Shown here in pieces: positions 52,981-64,000 of a DNA stretch of 64,000 bases (positions within the stretch are counted from its first letter, which is position 1; each line of letters begins with the position of its first letter). The notes under the pieces are model-generated. The model made no database searches. It was not told where the DNA came from and was given only the letters and a program-made list of their open reading frames with translations. The stretch comes from Octopus sinensis (lineage: Eukaryota). The DNA is taken from positions 19,592,001 to 19,656,000 of the forward strand of contig NC_043008.1 in assembly GCF_006345805.1 (NCBI RefSeq), given 5' to 3'. Position numbers and translations under genes: made by a program.

Positions 52981-54810
52981 GAGAAAAGGGGTGTATTTGT
53001 GTTTGTGGATATCTTATCAGATTTTGTCTCGAAATTGACTTATTCTATAGACACAGAACATTAAAATAAATAACTGGCAGAAAATAAATAGTGGGGTCGA
53101 TAGGATCGGCTGAGTCATCAACCATGCCCCTAGTCCAATAAGAGATAAATAAATCTTAGGACGGATGTATATATATGTGTGGTATATATATATATATGTA
53201 TATATATCTATATATGTATATATAGATATATATATTATATATATATTGTGTGTGTGTGTGTATATATATATATGTCTGTAATATAGGTATATATAGTATA
53301 TATATCTATATATATATATATATATAATATGTGCATAAAATATATGTGTAAGTATACATATATATATATATATATATATATGTATATGTGTTTATATATA
53401 TATGTATAGGTATATATGTATATATGTATATAAATACATGCACATATATATGTGAATATATATATATATGTGTGTGTGTGTTTGTATGCTTGTGCGTGCA
53501 GGGATGCATGATATTCATATATATATATATATATAAACATGCAAGCTCCATCCTCTTCTATGCTCACATACATATATACATACAAACATAGATAGACAGA
53601 CAGACAGACAAACAGATATATAGATAGATAGATAGATAGACACCTACTTACATACATACATACTTACATACTACATACATACATACATACATATATACAT
53701 ACATATATACATACATATATTAATGGACCCCAGTACTCCTCTTTTTAAACTGGGACGTATTCTATCGATTCTTATGCCTAACCGCCATATTACTGGACGT
53801 AAACTCATCATCGTTTGTCATACAGCTGTGATATCAAACGGACTCATACACACATCCACACTCACACACGCACGATAAATTTCTTTCAGTATTCGTCAAC
53901 CAAATTCATTGGCATGACTTTGGTGAATCCGCGTTCATAGTTGAAGATACTAGCCAAACTTTCCGCGTATTGGGACTGATCCTGGAACCAAGAGATTAGG
54001 GAAAAAGTGTCTTACCTCAGAACCAAGCTTATATACATACCTATATACGTGTATATTATATAGTATATATATATATATAGTATATATAATATATATATAT
54101 GTCACTACATATAATATATATATATATATACATACATATACGTGTGCACGCGCGTGTATTCATATAATATATATATATATATAGTGGGTGTGTGTGTATA
54201 TATATATTTATATATATGTATATATATAAACGCTGATGTATGTATGTTTATATATATATATCTTATATACATATATTTATGCATATATATACATAAATAT
54301 ATATATAATATGTATGTGTGTGTACGTTTTTATAACCAGGTATGTCTGTCTATGCGTGTGTGTTCGTGCGCCTGTGTGTATGTGCTTTGTATGTGTAGAA
54401 CTTGATTCCTGGTGCAGATATCAATGTTATTGATTCCACTTGGCTGAATAATATTCATCGTATATTTTGAATAGCCAATTATAAGTCGTAATTACAGCAA
54501 TTTTCGATACGTAATGTCTACATATACTTGTTAGCAAATTTTATGATAAATGTAATTGTATTAAGGAAAGATATTCCACATCAACGCGACGGATAAACAT
54601 ATCCGTTTGGTTTCTGAAGCTTCTATTATCAAGATCTTGCTAGCAGTTTTGTCTTCAACGCATGCAAAAGGGCAGCAAAAAGTTCAAATCGGTCCGTTTC
54701 AATCTTTACAGGTCACTTTAGACCACGGTTGGGGAAAATATTAAGTGCGGCGGGTAAAAATTTCCAATGCAAAATGTGCGCGGGCCGGTCACAAGTTCAA
54801 ATTGTTATAT

Positions 54811-55275
54811 CTCTTTTACTCTTTTACTTGTTTCTGTCATTCGACTGCGGTCATGATGGAGCACCAGCTTTACTCGAGAAAATCGACCCCAGGACTTATT
54901 TTGTAAGACTAGTAATTATTCTATCGATCTCTTTTGCAGAACCGCTAAGTTACGGGGACCTAAACACACCAGCATCGGTGGTGAAGTGATGCTGGGGGGT
55001 GGGCAAACACAGATACACAAACACACACACACACAAACACACACACAAACACACACACACACGCACACCTATATATATATATATTATATATATACACATA
55101 TACATATTTAACGACAGTCTTCTTTCAGTTTCAGTCTACCTAATCCACTCACAAGTTTCGGTCGACCCGAGGCTATAGTAGAAGTCACTCACCCAAAGTG
55201 CCACGCAGTGGGTCTGAACCCGGAACCATGTGGTTGGTAAGCAAGCGACTTACCACACAGCCACTCCCGCGCCTA
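54811..55275 (-). mobile_element. SINE family A, full length, inverted
   Basis: Reverse complement of family A including tail and head. Confidence 0.9.
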
Positions 55276-55969
55276 TCTGTGTAAATCTTGTATATATCTA
55301 TGTATAATTCGATATATATTAGTAAAGATTACTTTAACACATCAAATTAATGCGCAACATCTTCATTAACGCCACCACTGAATTTAGGATTTTTATATTA
55401 CTATATTTTATAGTTTTCAGTAAGTGTAGTTGGGTCTCAAGAGGGAGGTAGTAACAAAGCAATGCGTTTTAAAGTAACAGCAAAATTTCCATTCAAATGG
55501 CTATTACCGAACTATTCCTGTTCCAACGTGAGCCTTTTAAGTCGTAGTCAAAACGTGACCTATATTGCAAATAGGCATACAAATATTGTGTAAATTTTAT
55601 AATTGAAAAATTTACTACATTTTGTACATACGAGTTTTTATCAGCCTGCAGGAGCAACTCTGCAGGCCGGCGGAGTTTTCCTTGCCTCTGCTTTAGACAA
55701 GCAAAGGAGACTAAGTTGGTTGATGATAACTTCTTTTGCAACTAGTTGAGTAATTTATATTTCGTGAACTTAATTTTGAATGGATATGCGCGAAAGAATG
55801 TTCGTGTTTAAATGAATAAACACCTCGTGAGAAAACAGCACGTGCAAATGAGAAGATATGGCGGTGAATGTTTATATTGGGGGATAAAAATCAAGCGGTG
55901 TGAGGTGAAAGATAAAAACCGAGACGAACATGGAGTTCTGAGCACTGGTTAATAATTTTTCTGTGTGTG

Positions 55970-56004
<35 letters not shown>

Positions 56005-56245
56005 GGCCTGTAATACAGGTCAGCGGGCTCCAGATTTGCGTTACTATCGATCGATGGATACCATCCGTGCTTATAACATCATAACGCACTTTAAAGTGCA
56101 AGATTGTGCACTAACAATTGGCGGAAATGTCTTAATTTGACTGCACTATGATTAAGAAAACTGTTTTCTATATTCTCTGTTTTCTTTAAACTATTATTGA
56201 TACACACACACACACACACACAACCACACACACACACACACACAC

Positions 56246-56283
<38 letters not shown>

Positions 56284-56872
56284 TATATATATCATCATCA
56301 TTTATCGTCCGTTATCCACCCGGGCGTGGATTCAACGCTTTTTCAAGATTCGGCAAGCCGGAAGTCTGTCTGTTTTGGCAAGGTCTTCCGGCTGTTCTTT
56401 GTGTGGAGTGGCTGCATTTAACTTGGCAGCAGCACCGGTGGGCTAAGCAAGTAACTTTCCAGGAAAAAGGTATTTAAAGGGGTGGGTCAATGGAGGATGT
56501 ACACAGGTGATGGGAGATTAGAGTAGTCTTATTCTTTTATTCGAAATTGGTGGCCGTGTGCCAAGACTTGAAACAAATATTATAAGACGCTACAGCGCCA
56601 GCTAAAATGCTTAGCGACATTTCTTGTGATCTTACGATCTGAGTTCAGATTCTGCCGTATTCAAATTTGCCTTTCTTAGTTTCGAGGTTGATCAAATAAG
56701 GACCTTCTGAGCATTGACGTCTACAAAACCGACTTAACCGTATTACGACATTGCCGGCCAAGTGCAAAAGTTTGACAGCAATATTATAAGCCCCTGCGCA
56801 TCAACCATTTCATCTGTAGGGTAAATCTTCGACTTTAAGTTATTTGTTTCGTGCATTGTCGTTGTCTCACAG

Positions 56873-56945
56873 GTTCAATTTAGAGACACTGGAGAATAAT
56901 ATAACGCCAGAAAGATTAGGTGTTGTAGAGTCCGAGAGTTTAACC
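56873..56945 (+). CDS. Cytoplasmic exon F (RFNLETLENNITPERLGVVESESLT)
   Basis: Acceptor ttgtcgttgtctcacAG, donor GTATGT at 56946; only phase 2 is open over the whole exon, matching the 48360 donor. Confidence 0.7.
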
Positions 56946-57571
56946 GTATGTTCATAAAAATACAGTTATATTTGTAGTTAAGACGAGAGATTGTATCTGC
57001 TTTACGAATGAAAACTGGAGTTTTAATTGCCTCAACATCAATTCTGTAGCGTATGTTGAAAGGTATTACATTTTTGTCTGATTGTAATATAAATTCTGTT
57101 CGTGAATGGTATTTTTTTTTGGGTGCTGCGGAGGGAATGTACGTATATGAATGTATATATACCTACATTTATGCACGCGCGCCACACACACCACACACAC
57201 ACACACACACACAGACATCAGTGTTTGTGTGTATATGTATTTGTAGTTTTGTGATTAGATCTTTGGATTCACGATTTCTAGAATGTGGATTTCATTCCCG
57301 GACAGGGCAGCACAAGTTTGTGTCCTTGAGCAAAGCATTCGCGTTGCTCTGCAAGAGTGGCAGAATCGTTGGCGCGTCGGCAGAGATGCATTACTCTAAT
57401 ATATTCCGATTCTCTGTATTCTGAGTTCAAAACCTACCTGCTTGGCGAAGCCAAATTGAAACCACTCCACTATTAAGTCCCAGGAATTTATTTAACAGCA
57501 GCAGGGCAGGTATATATGTAGGAGTGTGTGCTTAAGTGTGTATGTGAATATATATATATGTATATATATAT

Positions 57572-57632
<61 letters not shown>

Positions 57633-57796
57633 ATGCATGTATGTATATATATGTATATGTATATATATATATAGTATAGATAAATATGTATATATATATA
57701 TATGTATGTATATATATATATATGTATATATATAATTATAATATATATATATATATATAATATATATAATAGAAAAGATATAGATATATATATGTG

Positions 57797-57828
<32 letters not shown>

Positions 57829-57832
57829 CATG

Positions 57833-57891
<59 letters not shown>

Positions 57892-57903
57892 TGTTTATGA
57901 CAG

Positions 57904-58077
57904 ATTACTTTATTGACGAGGTGGAATGCTAGGCAGCTCACCATCGACACGCATTTCTCACATTTACGATTGCTGTCGGATGAATCCCTTGTCTCTCTTC
58001 AACACGCATATTATGGCACGGGAGTGGATATTCTCTCTAATGAAAAAAAGGAAAAAGAAAACGGAAAGAAAAAATGA
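57904..58077 (+). CDS. Putative terminal exon G ([57 protein letters not shown]), death-domain-like
   Basis: Acceptor (gt)n-ttatgacAG; phase 0 matches exon F; TGA at 58075-58077; with exon F gives SxTxxLLxxWxxxxxTI. Other candidate acceptors near 58510 and 58578 cannot be excluded. Confidence 0.5.
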   Translation: MTLLTRWNARQLTIDTHFSHLRLLSDESLVSLQHAYYGTGVDILSNEKKEKENGKKK

Positions 58078-58985
58078 GAACAGAAAAAAAGCTGAAGAAA
58101 TTTCAAAGAAAATGAATGTGAAAGAAGAAATGGAAGAGAATAAGAGTAAAACGAAAACATCAGGAAGAAAAATTGTGCAGTGGAAGCAAAAAAAAAAAAA
58201 TAGATCTGAAAGAGTATCTGGAAATTTCTGTAAAGTGACATTGATGGCCGCTGCGAATTATGGTGATGAATATAAAAGACTTACGGAACCTATGAATGAA
58301 GTATGATTTGATTTTACTGGTGAAGTGCGTAATATAATTTAGAGACCCTATTTAACTTAATAGGATTTGGAACTAAAGAGCTTGCGTATACTTTAACCTC
58401 CCTTTAGTGTTTTCAATATATATATGTGTGCGTGTGTGTGTTCGTTCACAGACATAAAGAGAATGAGTTATGCGAAATGACTTGGTAGGGTTATTGACCT
58501 GCGTTTCAGAAAAAAAGACGTAGTATCTCCCAAATGAGATAATTTCTCGCTATATTGACACCACTTTGCCTTGCATAGAAGGTAAAACGATCGTTTGGTA
58601 CCAACTGGGACCGGTTCGAAGTAAGAAGAGGAATAGTATCTCGAATCAAACATTCTTGAAATTTTACATGCCATTAAGGAAAACGCAGTTTAACTCTTTA
58701 TGGATGCGACGAGAAAACTTTAGGCACGTGATCTGCTTAAAAAAAAGCATCATTAGTACAGTGTTTATCCTACATTTCTTTCAAAAGAATAATACAGGTA
58801 AATACTTGTGCGAAAAATGAAAACAACTATGGTATTGACAGTTTGCTCAATGCGAAAATGCGTTAAGTTAAACAACTCCGAGTGGTTAGTGGTATATATT
58901 TGAGCAACAACGGCTATTAATTGTATATTACATCACATACAGTTGCATAAATTTGAGTGTATATATATATATATATATATATATG

Positions 58986-59595
58986 TGTGGCTGTGTTCCG
59001 GGTTCAGTCCCACTGCGTGGCACCTTGGGCAAGTGTCTTCTACTATAGCCCCGGGCCGACCACGGCCTTGTGAGTGGATTTGGTAGACGGAAACCAAAAG
59101 AAGCCCGTCGTATATGTGTATATATATGTATATGTATGTGTGTGTATATGTTTGTGTGTCTGTGTTTGTCCCCCCAACATCGCTTGACAAACGATGCTGG
59201 TGTGTTTACGTCCCCGTCACTTAGCGGTTCGGCAAAAAGAGACTGATAGAATAAGTACTAGGCTTACAAAGAGTAAGTCCTGGGGTCGATTTGCTCGACT
59301 AAAGGCGGTGCTCCAGCATGGCCGCAGTCAAATGACTGAAACAAGTAAAAGAGTATATACATATATATATATATTTATATCTACAAAAAACACACAAATA
59401 TATACATAAATTGTACACACACACATGTGCGCACATACATACTCATATAAATATTGGGGAGCATTGGGTCTGATTTTAGCAAGTGGTACTATATACCATA
59501 CACATTCTATGTATTCATATGTATGTGTGTGTGTGTGTGTGTGCGTGTGTGTGTGAGTATAGTATACATAATAAATATATGTGAAATACAATATG

Positions 59596-59632
<37 letters not shown>

Positions 59633-60000
59633 CGTAGCAGATGCTGTGCGGTAAGTAGCTTGCAAATGGTTCTGGGTTCATTCCTACTATGTGGCACCTT
59701 GGGCAAGTGTCTTCTGCTATAGCCTCGGACCGACCAAAACCATGAGTGGATTTGGTAGACGGAAACTGAAAGAAGCCCGTCGCATATATGTATATGTGTG
59801 AGTTTGTCTCCGTTTGCGCAGCCCCATCATCGCTTGACAACTGATGGTAGTGTGTTTACGTCCCCGAAACTTAGCGGTTCAGCAAAAGAAACAGTTAGAA
59901 TAAGTACTGGGCTTACAAAGAATAAGTCCTGGAGTCGATTTCCTCGAGTAGAGGCAGAGCACCAGCGTGGCCACAGTCAAATGACTGAAATAAGTAAAAG

Positions 60001-60003
<3 letters not shown>
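58986..60003 (+). mobile_element. Two tandem family A SINEs (58986-59354 and 59630-60003)
   Basis: Both align with family A; separated by a CA/TA-rich spacer. Confidence 0.9.
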
Positions 60004-60053
<50 letters not shown>

Positions 60054-60064
60054 TATATATATAT

Positions 60065-60135
<71 letters not shown>

Positions 60136-60205
60136 TAGAGATAGATAGATAGATAAATAGATAGTTAGATATATATATATATATATATTATATATAGATA
60201 TATAT

Positions 60206-60251
<46 letters not shown>

Positions 60252-61028
60252 ATAGATAGATAGATAGATAGATAGTTAGATATAGATATAGATATATATA
60301 TATAGATATATATCGATGTAATGTAAACTGCGTTACCTGCGTGATTCATAAAATTGCAGTTTTGTAGGTCCTTCCAGAGCCCCTCTTCAAATATTTTAGT
60401 AGAATTTTCTATTACCATTTCAATAAGCTTTTTGGTAGGTGGAACCTGAATGTCTACTTGAGCGTAATGACAGCTAATACAACAATTGTTTCCTCTGAAT
60501 CCGATACATTGAACAAGCGAGCAAATAAATAAGAATGCTAATAGATTAACATGCTATGGGCTAATATGCACCGAAGGTTAAGATGTGAAGATTAGGTGAA
60601 CTGAGATTTTGAAGAAAATCTGCATGCAATGAATTTTATTTGACAAATATGAATATAAGGAAACTCATTCTCTCTAGAGACGTGCATAATTCTTTTCTGA
60701 AAGATAAATTGAAACTATTCTGCAGTTTTTGTTGGCCAGTCTATATTTCCCAGTCCCAATCCTAGAAGTATCCAGATACTATGTGGAGGCGCCTGATTTA
60801 ATGGTTGGTGTATTGCACCCATGATCATAAGATTGTGGTGTCGATTGCTAGAGCAAGCGAAGTGCGTAGCTTTTTTGCGAAGGGCTTCCTGTCACGTCAC
60901 TCCAGTTAAGTCACCTCGTAACAAAGTGTAAAGCTGCGAAGAACAGACCAATAGTTTATGTGGTGGTGGTGATGTATGTATGTATGTATGTATGTATGTA
61001 TGTATGTATGTATGTATGTATATCTCTC

Positions 61029-61089
<61 letters not shown>

Positions 61090-61345
61090 CAGATTTTTCT
61101 TGAAAACACACTCTTCGTGGTATTGGCGATTTGATTTTTCTTTGCATGTTTCAGCTCAGAGCTGCGGCCATGCTGATGCACCGCCGTTTTATGTCTTATG
61201 TTTAGCATATAGGGTGTCCACTTCGGTGGTCAGTCCTCTTAAATTTGTATGTAACACAATTTTTAATCTTCGATTTTTTAAAATATGCTAAGCCACTGGT
61301 TTTAATTGATTAATATTAATTTCTACCATTATTATTTAATTTTAA
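61090..61345 (+). repeat. Unclassified AT-rich dispersed repeat (also ~11500-11690 and ~62060-62165)
   Basis: Shared ttgagaacac..tcttcgtggt..tggcgatttgacgtctat..tagcat and aatatgcta.accactggttttaattgat blocks. Confidence 0.7.
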
Positions 61346-61362
61346 ATAAAAAATGTTCTCTA

Positions 61363-61742
61363 ACAGGAGTGGCTCTGTGGTAAGTAGCTTGTTTACGAAC
61401 CACATGGTTCCGGGTTCAGTCCCACTGCGTGGCACCTTGGGCAAGTGTCTTCTGACCAAAGCCTTGTGAGTGGATTTGGTAGATGGAAACTGAAAGAAGC
61501 CCGTCGTATATATGTATATATATATATATATGTATGTGTGTGCGTTTGTCCCCCTAATATTGCTTGACAACCGATGCTGGTGTGTTTACGTCCCTGTCAA
61601 TTAGGGGTTCGGCAAAACAGACCGATAGAATAAGTACTGGCCTTACAAAGAATAAGTGCCGGGGTCGAGTTGCTCGATTAAAGGCGGTGCTCCAGCATCG
61701 CCTCAGTCAAATGACTGAAACAAGTAAAAGAGTTAAAGAGTA
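61363..61742 (+). mobile_element. SINE family A
   Basis: Aligns with family A, with a small internal deletion. Confidence 0.9.
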
Positions 61743-62162
61743 ACCGGTAAATTGGCTGCTCTAATTTATTAACTACACAGTAATTTCCGGCCTCAGCGCG
61801 CCAAACTGAAGGTATTTGAAAGAATGCACCCAAAATATAATTTGTAGAATTTTATACATGCTCAATTTCGGTTGAGAGTTCTGTATCTAGTTCTGGAAAT
61901 TGTGTTTTGTAAGCGACAGACTACGCTGAAGATCTTGAATATATGTGCGTGTTTTATATACTTAGATATTAACAAGTGAAACCAATTGGTTCGTAGGTAA
62001 TCGTTTTAGTTTCATATATTTTCATTTTTCTTCATCATTTTTACATTTTGGCGTTTTTGCTGAGATTTTTTCTTGAGAACACATTCTTCGTGGTAATGGC
62101 AATTTGACGTCTATGTTTAGCATGCAGCGTGTCCAGTTTGGTGGTCATTCCTCTTAATTTTG

Positions 62163-62193
<31 letters not shown>

Positions 62194-62219
62194 ACATATA
62201 TATATATATATTATATATA

Positions 62220-62251
<32 letters not shown>

Positions 62252-62254
62252 ATG

Positions 62255-62286
<32 letters not shown>

Positions 62287-62293
62287 CACACAC

Positions 62294-62341
<48 letters not shown>

Positions 62342-62378
62342 TATATAATATATTATATATATATATATATATATATAC

Positions 62379-62452
<74 letters not shown>

Positions 62453-63150
62453 TGAATCTGGGAAACCATCTGGTATGAAGATATGACTCGGAAAGTTGGC
62501 TCGGAAGGACCGCCTAGTGATTAATTCTATAATAGTTAGAAGATGCTTTTTCTCGCTCAGATAAAGTAAGTCTATAAATGGAAAAACAATATTTTGAATG
62601 ATATAACATATTTTATATAGGCTGATGTATTACGTGTTTTCGAGTTCAGTAACCATTCGACTTTTTATGGTTTTAAATTCAACGGGTGTGGGTTTCAGTC
62701 ATATCTCTGGTCGTTAAAATCGGTTGTAACGGATTAAAGCTCTCCACTACGAATAATTACCCTGGCTCTAGGTATGAATCGGTTGCAATCTAATTTGCAA
62801 CGGAAAAGATAAATGATTTAAATATTTTGACACTGGCTTAAGACTCGAATAAAAACATAAATATTTACTCGTCTTTTTTTAATGGATAGTCGATTCTATA
62901 TGCTTCACAGCCCAGGGCTGTCGGATATTGCTGTCTTATATTGATAGAAATAAGCGCAGTTGGGCTGAATGACTAACATATTCGCTTTACAATCACGATT
63001 TCCTGCTATCGTTCTCTTATTGTAGTATTTTAGTAAATGGAGGCATTGTGACCAGGCTGAAACGTTGTGGCAGATCGTCGTGGTTGTTGCATCTGTAATT
63101 AAATGCCCGAGCTTTGCCATGCACTGTGTCGAACTGAATGTATGTGGTGT

Positions 63151-63470
63151 GGAAGCACTCCGTCGGTTACGACGACGAGGGTTCCGGTTGATCCGAATCA
63201 ACGGAACAGCCTGCTCGTGAAATTAACGTGTAAGTGGCTGAGCACTCCACAGACACGTGCATCGTTAATGTAGTTCTCGGGGATATTCAGCGTGACACAG
63301 AGAGTGACAAGGCCGGCCCTTTGAAATACAGGTACAACAGAAACAGGAAGTAAGAGTGAAAGTTGTGGTGAAAGAGTACAGCAGGGATCACCACCATCCC
63401 TGCCGGAGCCTCGTGGAGCTTTAGGTGTTTTCGCTCAATGAACACTCACAACGCCCGGTCTGGGAATCGA
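63151..63470 (-). mobile_element. SINE family C, 5' truncated
   Basis: Near-identical to 21562-21880. Confidence 0.9.
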
Positions 63471-64000
63471 TAAACAGACAATTCAGTTTTTGTAATAACG
63501 CTATACATACTGTAACAACTAATGAAAATAGCTTTTGCTGGACATCACTGTTCTTTTAAAAGTGAAAAACTTGTCTCTAGTGTAAAGTGAGCAATCAAAA
63601 GTTTTAGCCGAACCCGTATTTGCTAGATATATATATATATATCAATTGATTACCTAATGAAATATGCTTTAATATACTCTCCCGTTTCAATACATTTCCG
63701 TTATATGAAATATAATGTACATATTTAAAAAAAATTAATCTGAAATATATATTTGTAGAAAACTAGGCTTGAACTGAAGTATGATGTGAATTTATACTGT
63801 GCATGCGTCAGCATAATCTCAACCGTATTGTCGTCATTCAATTGTCGTTATTGAATACTTTGAGCTTTTAATAGGTAGGAATGAGATGCATCTCTCTAAT
63901 TCTGAATCGTATTCTTGCGTTTTCAAATGACGTAAATAGCTCTCAGGTATACAACACAGAGAAGAGAAGTTCATTGTAGTGTTAATATTATGTAATCGTA

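Noticed and set aside
54712-54810. Apparent exon (GHFRPRLGKILSAAG...)
   Set aside because: The sequence resembles a hAT-type MITE end and runs into a SINE; no donor found.
57926-58306. 126-aa ORF (MLGSSPST...)
   Set aside because: Overlaps exon G in another frame, is mostly A-rich low complexity, and has no splice support in that frame.

Overview
AT-rich, microsatellite-dense eukaryotic DNA with no prokaryotic features, CRISPR arrays or rRNA genes. The SINE families resemble those I recall from octopod cephalopod genomes, so the taxon is an inference. Most entries in the ORF track are translations of simple repeats. (1) One plus-strand spliced gene can be assembled from seven phase-compatible GT-AG exons between 21100 and 58077 (837 nt, 278 aa plus stop, 5' end not found). 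It encodes a single-pass membrane protein: a Cys-containing ectodomain part with NGS/NFT/NET sequons, a ~23-aa transmembrane helix, and a cytoplasmic tail whose C-terminal part matches the spacing of IRAK/Pelle/Tube-type death domains. (2) The introns hold many mobile elements: at least four tRNA-headed SINE types, a Penelope-like GIY-YIG fragment, RTE and R4/Dong LINE 3' fragments, three mariner remnants, a pogo/Tigger remnant, a MITE and a Helentron/HINE-like element. (3) The most striking structure is a ~300-bp palindrome at 22479-22784 with one mismatch and a 6-nt spacer. Each arm carries a complete minimal type I hammerhead ribozyme, one per strand, inside an intron of the gene.
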